A stretch of 64,000 nt of DNA from Candidatus Multivoradales bacterium (GCA_965223325.1 CBDCWI010000002.1:3456001-3520000), one strand, 5' to 3'. Positions 20,030 to 30,372 are shown, counted from the first letter of the stretch. Translations and numbers: made by a program. Notes: a model not told the origin generated them from the sequence alone.

Positions 20030-20620
20030 GTGGCATCGGACGACCCACTGGCCCGGCTCACAGGAGAGCTCGGCCGCCTGCCGGGCATCGGCCCCAAGAC
20101 CGCCGCACGCCTTGCGCACCACGTGTTGCGAAGCGGCCGGACAGAGGTCGAGGCGCTCGCCTCGTCTCTGCTCGAGGTCAAAGACAAGCTCTTCCACTGC
20201 AGCCAGTGCAACGCGATCACCGCCGTCGACCCGTGCAGGTACTGCAGCGACGACCGCCGCGACCGAACGCGCATCTGCATCGTCGAAGAACCTTTCAACA
20301 TTGAACCGATCGAGCGCACCGGTGAGTACAGCGGCACGTACCACGTACTGCTCGGTGCCCTCGCGCCGCAGCGCGGCATCGGTCCCGATGAGCTCGCCAT
20401 CCCGCAGCTGCTGGCCCGCCTCGACGGGGTCGAGGAAGCGGTTCTCGCCACCAACCCCAACGTCGAGGGCGAGGCCACTGCGCTCTATCTCGCTCGCCTC
20501 TTGTCCGACCGAGGCATCCGGGCGACCCGGCTGGCCTTCGGGCTGCCCGTAGGTGGCGACCTCGACTACATCGACGAAGTCACCTTGGCGCGCTCTTTCG
20601 CCGGTCGGCGGGAGATGTAG
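20030..20620 (+). CDS. recR: Recombination mediator RecR
   Basis: LPGIGPKTAARLA, C4 zinc finger, YHVLLG, ATNPNVEGEATA. Confidence 0.96.
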   Translation: MASDDPLARLTGELGRLPGIGPKTAARLAHHVLRSGRTEVEALASSLLEVKDKLFHCSQCNAITAVDPCRYCSDDRRDRTRICIVEEPFNIEPIERTGEYSGTYHVLLGALAPQRGIGPDELAIPQLLARLDGVEEAVLATNPNVEGEATALYLARLLSDRGIRATRLAFGLPVGGDLDYIDEVTLARSFAGRREM

Positions 20621-20682
20621 TTGAACTTCGCAAGGAGTGGGCGCTGAGCGCTTCGCTCGAGCGCGGCGATCTTCTGCCGAAG

Positions 20683-21930
20683 ATGCTCGTAGCGCCCCCG
20701 GGACCGCGGGCCCGCGCGCTGGCAGAACGCCTGGCCAGGTTTGAGGCACCGGGCATCAACACGCTTCTTCGGGGAGAGCCGGCTATCGCCTGGCGAGAGG
20801 CGCTGGGAAGTAACGTTGTCGACCTCGACGGCAACCGCTACCTCGACTTCACGGCTGGTTTTGGAGTGGCGAACATCGGCCACCGCCACCCGGCGGTGGT
20901 CTCGGCCATCAAGCAACAGGCCGAGTCTCTCGTTCACGGCCTCGGCGACGTCCACCCCCATGAGCAGCGCGTCGACCTCGCCGAACGACTGGCTGCCCTG
21001 GTGCCAGTTGACGACCCGGTCGTCTACTGGGCGATCTCGGGCGCCGACGCGGTCGAGGTCGCGCTCAAGACAGCCATCCTGGCGACCGGCCGCACGGGGC
21101 TTGTCGCCTTCGCTCCCAGCTACCACGGCCTGACCCTCGGTGCGCTTTCCGTGACCTCGAGGAGGGCCTTTCGAGAACCCTTCCAAAAGCACCTTCACCA
21201 GCACGTCGAGCGCTTGCCTTTTGGCGCACCCGCCTCCCGACTCAACGCGTGCCTGCTGGGAGGCGACCGCAAAGCAGCGGTGGTGGTCGAACCGATCGTC
21301 GGCCGCGAGGGCGTCCTCATTCCTCCCGATGGCTGGCTAGGCGAGCTCGCCGAGATCTGTGCGCGCGCGAGAACGCTCCTCATCGTTGACGAGATCTTCA
21401 CGGGCTTCGGCCGCACCGGCAGGGTCTTCGCCTCCGAGCGCGACGGGCTAAAGCCCGACATCGTGTGCGTCGGCAAGGCTCTCGGTGGCGGCACACCCAT
21501 CGCAGCTGCTGTTGGATCGCGCCGGGTCATGGAGCACTGGCAAAGCGACGGCGAAGCGCGCCATACCGCTACCTTCGTCGCCAACCCCATCGCCTGTTCT
21601 GCCGCGCTCGCCACAATCGAAGTTCTAGAGCGCCAAGAGCTCACCGCCCGCGCCGCGCGCCTCGAACACACTGTCGAATCAGTTCTCAATGAAGCAAGCG
21701 GCCGCGGCTCATCGCTTCGCGGTCGCGGCCTCCTCTGGGGCATCGAAATGCCCACCGCCGCGTCCGCCTCGAAAGTGGCCACCAAAGCGGCCGCGGCCGG
21801 CCTCCTTATCCTCGCCGGCGGAGAGCGCGGAAACGTCCTCCAGATCGCACCACCTCTGGTGATCACCGAAGAGCAGCTCGCACACGGAACGCGGTTGCTG
21901 TCTCGCCTCGTCGACGAGAGCCGTGGATAA
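20683..21930 (+). CDS. Class III PLP aminotransferase (GABA/acetylornithine-AT-like)
   Basis: DLDGNRYLDF, SGADAVE, YHG, EPIVG, DEIFTGFGRTG, PDIVCVGKALGGG; may start at CTG 20644 behind AAGGAG. Confidence 0.88.
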   Translation: MLVAPPGPRARALAERLARFEAPGINTLLRGEPAIAWREALGSNVVDLDGNRYLDFTAGFGVANIGHRHPAVVSAIKQQAESLVHGLGDVHPHEQRVDLAERLAALVPVDDPVVYWAISGADAVEVALKTAILATGRTGLVAFAPSYHGLTLGALSVTSRRAFREPFQKHLHQHVERLPFGAPASRLNACLLGGDRKAAVVVEPIVGREGVLIPPDGWLGELAEICARARTLLIVDEIFTGFGRTGRVFASERDGLKPDIVCVGKALGGGTPIAAAVGSRRVMEHWQSDGEARHTATFVANPIACSAALATIEVLERQELTARAARLEHTVESVLNEASGRGSSLRGRGLLWGIEMPTAASASKVATKAAAAGLLILAGGERGNVLQIAPPLVITEEQLAHGTRLLSRLVDESRG

Positions 21931-23095
21931 GTTGAACATCCTCTGGATGGCGACCAAGTCGCCCTGGCCCCCACGCGACGGCGGGCGCCTGGTTGCGTCT
22001 TTGACCATCGAGGCGCTCGCCGAGCGAGGTCACCTGGTCACCGTGGTCACACCTGCCGAGGACCGAGACCAGCCGCCGCCTTCAACGCCCGGCATCGAAG
22101 TGGTCAGCGTTCCTGCACCGACACGCTGGAAACCCCTCTCGCTTCTCGATAGCGCTTTGACCGGCCAGGCCTACTCGATGGTCCAGCACAAACGCCCGTC
22201 AGTCCGCCACGCGGTCGCCGATCTCCTTGCGTCACGAAACTTCGATGTCATTCACGCCGAACAGATTCAGGCCACGGCGTCTCTTCCACCCACCAAGGTT
22301 CCCGTCGTCTTGCGCACCCAGAACGTCGAGTCGTCACTCTGGCGCCAGATCGCGGAAAGCCCTGGCTCGGTCTCACCCCTGGCGCGCGGCATGTTCCGCC
22401 GCCAGGCCAGTCGTCTGGCGCGCGCCGAAGCGCGTGTCGTTGGCTCAGCTTCCATCGCCATCGCACTCACCGAACCCGATGCCCGCACTCTCGAAGCACT
22501 CAGCAAGCGAAAGGTGGTGCACCTTCCGGCGCCCTTCCCCGGAGAACTCCCCGCTGGGCCAGCCCTCCCGGGCAACCCTGCCCTCATCGCCCTCGGCGAT
22601 CCCACCTGGATACCCAACCGCGACGGCGTCCGCATGCTCACCGGCGACCTCTGGCCGCTGTGCCGTCGGGCGCTCCCCGGCGCGCACCTCCATCTCTTCG
22701 GCCACCCCGGCCCTGCTATCGACGGCGTCACCAGACACCCCGCTCCCGACGAAAGCATCGAGGCGTTCGCCGCTGGTGCGATTCTCCTGGTGCCCTTGCG
22801 CATCGCATCCGGCGTGCGGATGAAGATCCTCGAAGGCTGGGCGAGGGGCCTGCCCGTGGTTGCGACAAGCGAAGCCGCCGCTGGTCTTGCCGACGAAGGC
22901 GGTGCGATCAGCATTGCTGACATCGCCGCGGAACTCTCCGCGGCCGTAGAGCGGCTTTCCCGGCAGGAAGAGTACGGAACCGCAAAGGAAGCGGGGCAGG
23001 CCGCTCTCGTTCGCCACCACGATGCCGGAAAAATCGGGTCACAACTCGGCGAGCTTTACAACCAGGCCAGGGACCGCGGGCTCGAGAGGGCCTGA
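21923..23095 (+). CDS. GT4-family glycosyltransferase
   Basis: PWPPRDGG, QNVES, PNRDGV, SGVRMKILEGWARGLPVVAT. Confidence 0.88.
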   Translation: MDKLNILWMATKSPWPPRDGGRLVASLTIEALAERGHLVTVVTPAEDRDQPPPSTPGIEVVSVPAPTRWKPLSLLDSALTGQAYSMVQHKRPSVRHAVADLLASRNFDVIHAEQIQATASLPPTKVPVVLRTQNVESSLWRQIAESPGSVSPLARGMFRRQASRLARAEARVVGSASIAIALTEPDARTLEALSKRKVVHLPAPFPGELPAGPALPGNPALIALGDPTWIPNRDGVRMLTGDLWPLCRRALPGAHLHLFGHPGPAIDGVTRHPAPDESIEAFAAGAILLVPLRIASGVRMKILEGWARGLPVVATSEAAAGLADEGGAISIADIAAELSAAVERLSRQEEYGTAKEAGQAALVRHHDAGKIGSQLGELYNQARDRGLERA

Positions 23096-23186
23096 GCGCA
23101 CTACAGCGTCGCCCTCGGGTAACCTCCCGGGGCGCCCCCCCAATTTGAGAAAGGCACCCGGCCCCCCCACCCATCTTCCAACCACC

Positions 23187-24659
23187 GTGCACACAACCAG
23201 CAAACTCACCTCGCTGATCAAGACCGCTGACCGATGGCGTCGGCGGCGAGCCTTTTCAGATCAGAAGTCGATCGACTTTCTCGACTTCGGCGCCTCTGCC
23301 GGCGGATCGATCGAGCTCGCTACGTCCATGCTCGACGGCGACCGCGGCATTGGCATCGACATCGATCTGCGCAAGATCCGCAAGCTCGTGGCGGCCGGTC
23401 ACGACGCCGTCGCCGCCGACATCACGCGCCTCGCCTTCCCGGAGAACGCCGTGCGATTCGTGGTCATGAGCCACATCCTGGAACACCTCCCCAACTGGGA
23501 GCTCGTCCAGGCCACGCTCGAGAGCGGCGCCCGGGTCGCGAACGACTTCCTCTACATCGCCGGCCCCTACTTCGACCCCGACCAGTACCTCGAAGGTCAC
23601 GGCCTCAAGTTCTACTGGTCTGACTGGAGCGGCCACCCCTGCCACGTCACCATCGAGCAGGTCCTGGCCTGGGTCTCCAGCCGCGGCTTCGAATCTCAGC
23701 TCTTCTTGACGCGCCCCCTGATTAGCAGCCTGGACGGCGCGATTCACTCCCTCAAATCTGCCCGAAACTCGATGGAGTACGACGAGAGCGAGCACCCACC
23801 CAAACCACTCGTGGTCTTCCCGACACCCTTCTACCGCGAGTTCCTCATGCTGGTACACGTTGGCGGTGGGCCGTTCCCGACCGCGGTCGCCGAGCGAATC
23901 CAGAAACTCCGTCGCGCCATTCCCGCCGATCACGCAACGCCCTTGACCGCAAGTCAAATCGCGACACTTGACCGGCGCCCAGCCGAGCCCCCGCAACCAA
24001 CCGAAGGCAAACTGGTACAGGCGCTGCTCGCCATGCGTCGCTGGTCATGGGTTCGCTACTGCCACCAAGCCGAGTTTTTGGCGTCCAGACCGGGCGCAAG
24101 GAGCGTCCTCCTCGACTACAGCGAAAGCGCACTGGCGGCCCTTGCCCTGGCTCGGTCCAATCCCAGCCATGACGTTCACCTCGCCTGCAGCGGCGGCGAA
24201 GAGCTCACTCGATGCGAAGCCTCACTCGCCGGCCAGGTCTTCGAAGCCCCGCCGAACCTTCACATCGTTCGGCTAGACGACCCCATCGTGCGGGGCCGCC
24301 GGTTCGATGTCGTCATGAGCGGCGGCACAAGGCCGCGCGAGTCGCGGTCCCTGCGGGCTCACCTGAGACACCTCTCCAGAATCAACGCAGACCACCGCAT
24401 GTTCATCATCCCTTGGACAGACCACGCCAAAGATGAAGCGGCCATGACTCGCTCCGAAGTCCGCCAGTTGCTGGGTCGTGGCGAGACGAAGGGCTGCTAC
24501 TGGAGCGACCGCGGGGGAGCGTTGCGGGTGACGCTGCAAGAAATGGCCGACGACCAGATTGCTGAACACGCCGGTCACCTCGAGCGCTTCGGGTGGCTCG
24601 ACATTCGAGACGCGCCACCACGACCCGGAATCTGCGCCGCGCTGCGTATCGAGCGCTGA
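23187..24659 (+). CDS. Class I SAM-dependent methyltransferase, possibly with a second degenerate MTase domain; start uncertain (23022-23187)
   Basis: FLDFGASAGG, GIDID, DITRLAF, MSHILEH. Confidence 0.65.
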   Translation: MHTTSKLTSLIKTADRWRRRRAFSDQKSIDFLDFGASAGGSIELATSMLDGDRGIGIDIDLRKIRKLVAAGHDAVAADITRLAFPENAVRFVVMSHILEHLPNWELVQATLESGARVANDFLYIAGPYFDPDQYLEGHGLKFYWSDWSGHPCHVTIEQVLAWVSSRGFESQLFLTRPLISSLDGAIHSLKSARNSMEYDESEHPPKPLVVFPTPFYREFLMLVHVGGGPFPTAVAERIQKLRRAIPADHATPLTASQIATLDRRPAEPPQPTEGKLVQALLAMRRWSWVRYCHQAEFLASRPGARSVLLDYSESALAALALARSNPSHDVHLACSGGEELTRCEASLAGQVFEAPPNLHIVRLDDPIVRGRRFDVVMSGGTRPRESRSLRAHLRHLSRINADHRMFIIPWTDHAKDEAAMTRSEVRQLLGRGETKGCYWSDRGGALRVTLQEMADDQIAEHAGHLERFGWLDIRDAPPRPGICAALRIER

Positions 24660-24859
24660 CGCTTGCAGCCTTTCGAAGCGACACGCTCTTGAAATGGAAG
24701 CGCCGTCCGCCAAGTCCGTGGAACGTCAGTTCGCTCAGTCGGCGGAAAGGCTCTCGTTGAACTCACGATGATGCCCGACGGCAGGCCGCGCCGTGCTCTC
24801 TCGTGCAGGACTGCGGCATCTGCTACGGGTCCACTGACAGAGTTGAATCTTCCCGACAA

Positions 24860-25034
24860 GGCTGCGGAAACTGACGCCCCGCGGAAATCGCTGCGCGATT
24901 CCACGTCAAGGCTTGGAGAACGCGATGCGTTTCCCACACTTACGCACAGCGCCTACGACGACGATCTGTCGGACACTTCTACGAGTGTCCAATCCAAACC
25001 GGTGAAAGTGTCCAAGTTACAACCGGTGGTGACC
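24860..25034 (+). mobile_element. Orphan IS end, IS21-like, with structured trailer
   Basis: Tandem subterminal repeats GTGTCCAATCCAAACCGGTG / GTGTCCAAGTTACAACCGGTG ending ...GGTGAC; no transposase ORF adjacent. Confidence 0.5.
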
Positions 25035-25149
25035 TCCAGGGGGTCAGCAGGCGCAAGGGTCCGCGCACGACACAGCGCGACGAGGGCCGCCGCCCTGCAC
25101 CGGACCTCGTCGAGCGTGACTTCCCGGCCGAGAGGCAGGACCAGCTGTG

Positions 25150-25551
25150 GGCGTTGCGAGAAGCTGGGAATCGAGATTTCGATGGGATCAGTCGGCGACT
25201 GCTGTGACAACGCGATGTGCGAGAGCTTCTTCGCCTCGCTCGAGTGCGAACTCATCGATCGTCGCCGTTTCGAGAAGCGCACCGAAGCTCGGCGCGAGGT
25301 CTTCCCCTGGATCGAGGGTTGGTACAACGCCGAGCGCCGCCACTCCTCGATCGACTACTTCTCGCCGATGCGGTTCGAACAACGTCATCTGTCCCAGGAA
25401 GTAGCAGCGTGAGCAGCTCGCTCGCACGCGATCCCTACGGGACTGAAAGGCTGATGGTCGCTCGGGCTCCCATTAGCTCTCGGAGAGGGTACTCTCGTCA
25501 TCGAGCCGACTGACCACAATTCAAACCGTCCACGAAAACGGGGCAGGCTCA
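25150..25551 (+). pseudogene. IS3-family transposase C-terminal remnant plus right inverted repeat
   Basis: GIEISMGSVGDCCDNAMCESFFASLECE..WIEGWYNAERRHSSIDYFSPMRFE (stop 25412); IRR CCGTCCACGAAAACGGGGCAGGCTCA at 25526-25551; orfA and most of the DDE core are absent. Confidence 0.88.
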
Positions 25552-25925
25552 CTATCGCGACGCCTGGCAGGGTGCAGCCGGCTATGGGGGCGCCGCCGCC
25601 CTCTCGGTTGGTCTCGCGATCCTTTTCAAGTCATCGTTCAGCCCGCGCTTCGAAGAGCAGGGGTAAGGGGACTCGTTGATAGCGAGGTATTCGGCCAAAA
25701 GGGTATAGCTTTCGGCCATACTGAACCCACCACCAAAGGCCCCGGGAAACACTGGCTCCAAGCGCTCATCTGACGGAGGCGGTTTTGGCCACCTCTTTAC
25801 CCCACCCGAGGCGACCCTTCGGATGGGGTAAACGCGCTGTCGGGAGCGCCTACTGGATACACCTTGTGAGCAGAGACGAACCGGGCTGCTGACAACCGCC
25901 TTGTGACTGTCTGTGCATGCTGAGG

Positions 25926-27170
25926 CTAGTTTGTGCAAGTGGTCGCTGAGTAGCTACACGTAGTGTTACCGCTTATCGTGCCGAACTGCCCGACCTCGTC
26001 GACGATTCCTCCAGAGTTCGTGCACGTTGGTGAGGACAGTGACTGAATAAGGTCCCGGAGGCAGAAGGCCGTGTTGCTGTCCTCCACAGTTACGTTATCA
26101 ATCTCGGTAGCTAGGTCATCATGCTGTGGGTCTGGCTCCAACACCCGAAGCCCCGTTGCGACGTTCTCGATGATGCCGTTCTTGACGGTGACATTCCTTG
26201 CCCCGACTTCGATGCCAAACCCTTCGCCTTCGAGACTGGAGATGGTGAAGTTCTGAAGGCTCGAGTTGTGCCCACCGGCACCGTTGGTTGAGGGAGGAGT
26301 GGCTTCGCCGTGGCGAAAGCGGATGCCTCGATCGCCGGGGCCGAGCTCATCTACCGTGATGTCGACGAGTTTGACTTTTCCGCGAACGTCAATGCCCGCT
26401 TTGCCTTGCTCGAAGCCGGGTCGCCTGACAAGAATGTTCTTCAGCAAGATGTCGGCACTGATGCTCGGTCCGTTCTTGAAGTCAATACCGTCATCACCCG
26501 AGTTCAGAACAACCACATCTTCGACGGTCATGTGTTGATAGCTCCCTTCTGAGAAACCTATTCCGTAGCCTTGCGTGTTCTTTACAAAGACATCACTGAT
26601 GAGGAGATTCCGGCCATTTGCGATGCGAATCCCCTGGTGCCCAGTAGCGATGGAGTCGTTGGGTCTTCGGCTTGCGTGAATACGGAGGCTTTCGATGGAA
26701 GCATAGTCAAGCGTGGATGCCCCTGGTTCGGGTCGCCCGTCAATCGGGCGTCTGTTGTCATCCCAATCGAGCTGGAGGATGGCTCCATTCCTTGACTCAC
26801 CGAGCAGACAAACATGAGAGCGCAAGTTCACCATGATGTTCCCGGTGCCGGGGCGCCGCAGGTTGTAGACCCCGTTAGGGAAGTAAACCTCTCCGCACTT
26901 GCCCGACTGGTTCTTGTAGGCGTCGTGTGCGTCGTCGATGGCTGCTTGAATGAATACCCAGTCGTCGGAAGCGTTGTTTGCCGTATCGGCGCCATACACA
27001 GTCACGTCGTAGTTCCCCATTCTCTGAGGGCAGGTCGGTTCGCAACCGGACTGAGCCATCGCGCTAGTGGGAACGGAGAAGGTGGCGGCGATCGCAGCGG
27101 CCAGAATGAACGTTGTTCTCCACCTAAGAACCTCGAACACGAAGGGAAAGATTGGTCTAGTCATCTTCAT
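25926..27170 (-). CDS. Secreted right-handed parallel beta-helix protein (pectate-lyase-3/GH28-related)
   Basis: SD AGGAGA, signal peptide, YDVTVYGA..DD..IQAAID..VYFPNGVY, DDGIDFK repeats. Confidence 0.8.
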   Translation of the reverse strand: MKMTRPIFPFVFEVLRWRTTFILAAAIAATFSVPTSAMAQSGCEPTCPQRMGNYDVTVYGADTANNASDDWVFIQAAIDDAHDAYKNQSGKCGEVYFPNGVYNLRRPGTGNIMVNLRSHVCLLGESRNGAILQLDWDDNRRPIDGRPEPGASTLDYASIESLRIHASRRPNDSIATGHQGIRIANGRNLLISDVFVKNTQGYGIGFSEGSYQHMTVEDVVVLNSGDDGIDFKNGPSISADILLKNILVRRPGFEQGKAGIDVRGKVKLVDITVDELGPGDRGIRFRHGEATPPSTNGAGGHNSSLQNFTISSLEGEGFGIEVGARNVTVKNGIIENVATGLRVLEPDPQHDDLATEIDNVTVEDSNTAFCLRDLIQSLSSPTCTNSGGIVDEVGQFGTISGNTTCSYSATTCTN

Positions 27171-27470
27171 ACTCTCCTGCAAAGAGGCAACATCGCCTTG
27201 TAGGGGGACATCGCAATGGACGGGATCCAGGCTCAGGTGTGGATTCAGAGAAGCAAAAAGACTCAGGCCAGGTGCGAACCCCGACTATAAGCTATTGGCA
27301 AAAGGGCGAAGCACAAATGTTGCCCTGGGCAACGCGCCGTCTGAGTGTCAAGCCGGCCCTGCGCCCGGAAGCGGGCGGCGAATTGCGGCCAACCCGCCCG
27401 GACAAGGTAGTGTCGGTCCGAACCCTAAGACCGTCTCGCGATTGCCAGAACCTAGAGTAGGCGAGCCACC

Positions 27471-27761
27471 GTGAGTGTCGTAGCAAGAAAGGAAGGCCCC
27501 CGCGGCCCTGTTCGGTATCGAGGCAGAGGGTGTCGCCCTCTCCTCAGCCTGGTCTGCACCGTCCTTGCTCTCGGAACCAGCTCCTGCTCAAGTCCAGAGC
27601 CGCCCCGCCTCAGCAGTAGGGGGTACGCAGAAGACCTCTTGTGCTCCTTGCAGTCCGCGGTCGGCCGCCCGCCGGACACGACCGGTGCTGCTCTGGAGCT
27701 TGCAGCCGGCTGTGAAGATGTAAGACGGCAGCGAAGAATCGATCTTCCATGTGGGGAGTAG
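27471..27761 (+). CDS. Lipoprotein-signal-bearing ORF, probably the frameshifted N-terminus of the next gene
   Basis: LLSLVCTVLALGTSSC lipobox; overlaps the open reading frame of the downstream sulfatase-like gene. Confidence 0.5.
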   Translation: MSVVARKEGPRGPVRYRGRGCRPLLSLVCTVLALGTSSCSSPEPPRLSSRGYAEDLLCSLQSAVGRPPDTTGAALELAAGCEDVRRQRRIDLPCGE

Positions 27762-30372
27762 GGACCGTCGACGGTCTGCCCTGCTACCCGCAGGCGTTTC
27801 AGTCGTTGTCCCGTTGGAGCTTCGGGCCGGAACAGAACCCCGCCTGAAGTTCTCTCTTCGGACTGTTTCAGGCAGCGTCAGCGATGTGGGTATCTCCATC
27901 CGGGGAGCTCGCCAAGCAAACGGATCACCGCTCGACCTCGAGACTGAGACCACTCCGGATAGTTGGCGCGACTTTGACGTCATGCTCCTAGAGACCGACT
28001 GTCCCTGCAGTCTTCGGCTCGAAGCTCATGCGACGAACGGAAAAGCAGCGACGGTTGCGGTCGCAACTCCGCGAGTCGTCTATCCGCCCGAAGGAGCCGG
28101 CTCGAAGGCCCAAAGGGACGTGGTCGTCTACCTGATCGACACCCTCCGCGCCGACCGCACCTCCGCTGCGGGCTATTCCCGTCCAACGACGCCCTTCATG
28201 GAGGAGCTTGCGGCCGAGGGGATTCTGTTCGAGAACAACTACAGCACAGCGGCGTGGACCCGGCCCGCGGTAGCCAGCCTCATGACCTCGCTCTTCCCCA
28301 GCTACCACAACACCAGCACGGACACCGGGCTTCCTCGGGGAGTCGAGACCCTCGCTGAGAGCTTCCGCGCCGCGGGCTTTTCAACCCTCGCCGTCGTCGC
28401 CAACAACCATGTGGGGCGCGCGGGGCTCGGCTTCGAACAGGGGTTCGACCAGCTGATTCAATTGTCGCTGGCACCTGCGGGGCGAATTCATGCTGCCGCA
28501 CTCGAGCACATGGATCGACTTGGGGACGAGCCGCTGTTCTTGTACATCCATACGATCGAGCCCCACAGTCCCTACGACACCCCCGACCCACTCCGGAGCA
28601 TGTTCGCGAATCCGGACTACCGTGGCCCCGTCCAGGTAGCTTCAACGCACCGGGCGACTCTGAACAAGATGACCCTCGACGGTGACGACAGAAAACACAT
28701 CAGCGATCTTTACGACGCCGGCGTGCGAGAGGCAGACGAGGGTCTCCGCCGCTTCGTGGCGGATCTCGAAAGCAGGGGGCGATTGCGCTCTACCCTTCTA
28801 GTGGTGACCTCGGACCATGGGGAAGAGCTCTACGAGCATGACGGCTGGGGGCACGGTCACCGTCTGTTCGAAGAGCAGATCCGCATACCCCTTCTCATCT
28901 GGGATCATGCGTTGTTCGATCGCCACCGCCATCGAATTCATTCGCCCACTCAGATCATCGACATCATGCCGACTCTTCTCGATTGGTTTGGAGTCGCGAA
29001 GCCGCCAGGACTTCACGGGACGCAACTGCCGCTCGAAGATGGCGGGATTTTCGCACCAGGCGGAAACCAGCGCCCGATCTTCGGTGAGGAGATTCGATAT
29101 GACGTAGATCGCCAATTGACGTCGTTTCGAATAGGTCATCGGAAGATCATCCGGCATCGTCGCCAAGGCGGAAAGTCCCTGGGCACGCTGTACTTCGACC
29201 TCAAAGCGGATCCGTCGGAACACGCAAAGTTGAGCGTCGACGAACGCCCAGAACTCGAAGAGGCCATGGACGACTTCATCCGCGAACTAGAGCGGGCAAC
29301 GAGGGCCAGCGCCCCGGAGATCGTTGTTGCGACCGATGAGATCCCTGAGCTCGCAGCGCTGGGCTACGTAGACGACCCAAGAAGAGCCTGCCTGGAGCAA
29401 GCGGGGACCGTCGCCCCTCACAGCGATATCGTCCGCCGAGCTGTGGTCTCTCCAAGTGGAAGGTGGGCTCTTTCAGCTGGATACGATCGCAACGTCGCAC
29501 TACACAGAATCGACACCAGTGGCGAGAACCCTCTCGCGCACCTCGACACGATCGAGATCAGCGACCGGAGGCTCTACACGGTGGCGTGGTCACCCGATGG
29601 CCTTTGGGCGTTAGCTGGCGGCGTTGGCGAGCGTGTTCACCTGTTTAGAGTCGACACGAGTGCAAAGCGACTGGTAGCGATCGGAGAATCCGGCGAGCAA
29701 ACGAGCCCAACACGAGATCTGGCCTGGGTCGACAAGCACACGGCAGTGATGGCTACTCAGAAGGAGCTTCGCTTCCTTGAGATCGACACTTCGTCCGGAG
29801 CCATCAGCGTAAGGTCGAGGATTCGCCCCCATGCAACATCACTCAACAGCATCGATGTCTCACCGTCTGGCAATCACCTCCTTACGACCTCCCACGACCG
29901 CACGCTCAAGTTGTTCCGGATCGACCCGCGAGCGCTGCTCTTCGAGGAGCTGGACACCTTCGCCGGGCCGCTTGATGTTCTTTATGACACGTCATGGTCG
30001 CCAAACGGAGCGCACGCGGTCCTCACCGGCTCGGTTCCGCTTGCATGGCTTCTCTCGGTCGACTCAGCAAGTGGTCGGCTCGCCCTGGTCCAGTCCGTTC
30101 AGCTTGCTGATGCTAAGAACAGGGCCATCGCTTGGGCTCCCCACGGGGGACAGATCGTGGTCGGCTCCCGAGCGCTAGAACTGACGGAGCTTCTCGCCAT
30201 TCCGGAGAACCGCTTCTTCGGCATACTCCGAGAGCCGGTCCGTCTACCCAAGCAGGAACGAGATGCCGTCTTCAGTGCGGAGTGGTCGCCCGACGGGCGC
30301 CTGCTTCTTCTTGGTCGGGCATCGGGAAAGGTCGAGCTGTTGGTGAACAAGTGCCTTCAAGAAGATGAGTAG
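27751..30372 (+). CDS. Sulfatase-like hydrolase/transferase fused to a WD40 beta-propeller
   Basis: YLIDTLRAD, WTRPAVASLMT, HTIEPHSPY, TSDHGEE, LAALGY, then repeats such as WSPDG, VSPSGNHLLTTSHDRTLKLF. Confidence 0.85.
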   Translation: MGSRDRRRSALLPAGVSVVVPLELRAGTEPRLKFSLRTVSGSVSDVGISIRGARQANGSPLDLETETTPDSWRDFDVMLLETDCPCSLRLEAHATNGKAATVAVATPRVVYPPEGAGSKAQRDVVVYLIDTLRADRTSAAGYSRPTTPFMEELAAEGILFENNYSTAAWTRPAVASLMTSLFPSYHNTSTDTGLPRGVETLAESFRAAGFSTLAVVANNHVGRAGLGFEQGFDQLIQLSLAPAGRIHAAALEHMDRLGDEPLFLYIHTIEPHSPYDTPDPLRSMFANPDYRGPVQVASTHRATLNKMTLDGDDRKHISDLYDAGVREADEGLRRFVADLESRGRLRSTLLVVTSDHGEELYEHDGWGHGHRLFEEQIRIPLLIWDHALFDRHRHRIHSPTQIIDIMPTLLDWFGVAKPPGLHGTQLPLEDGGIFAPGGNQRPIFGEEIRYDVDRQLTSFRIGHRKIIRHRRQGGKSLGTLYFDLKADPSEHAKLSVDERPELEEAMDDFIRELERATRASAPEIVVATDEIPELAALGYVDDPRRACLEQAGTVAPHSDIVRRAVVSPSGRWALSAGYDRNVALHRIDTSGENPLAHLDTIEISDRRLYTVAWSPDGLWALAGGVGERVHLFRVDTSAKRLVAIGESGEQTSPTRDLAWVDKHTAVMATQKELRFLEIDTSSGAISVRSRIRPHATSLNSIDVSPSGNHLLTTSHDRTLKLFRIDPRALLFEELDTFAGPLDVLYDTSWSPNGAHAVLTGSVPLAWLLSVDSASGRLALVQSVQLADAKNRAIAWAPHGGQIVVGSRALELTELLAIPENRFFGILREPVRLPKQERDAVFSAEWSPDGRLLLLGRASGKVELLVNKCLQEDE

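Noticed and set aside
24768-25150. N-terminal part of the 214-aa ORF as transposase
   Set aside because: It reads through non-coding IS-end DNA; only the last ~85 aa resemble IS3 OrfB
25552-25925. Short minus-strand ORF 25582-25938
   Set aside because: No recognisable motif or codon bias; left unannotated
30272-30372. 101-bp convergent overlap as functional dual coding
   Set aside because: The overlapping tail of the beta-helix ORF looks random; a lost stop or frameshift is more likely
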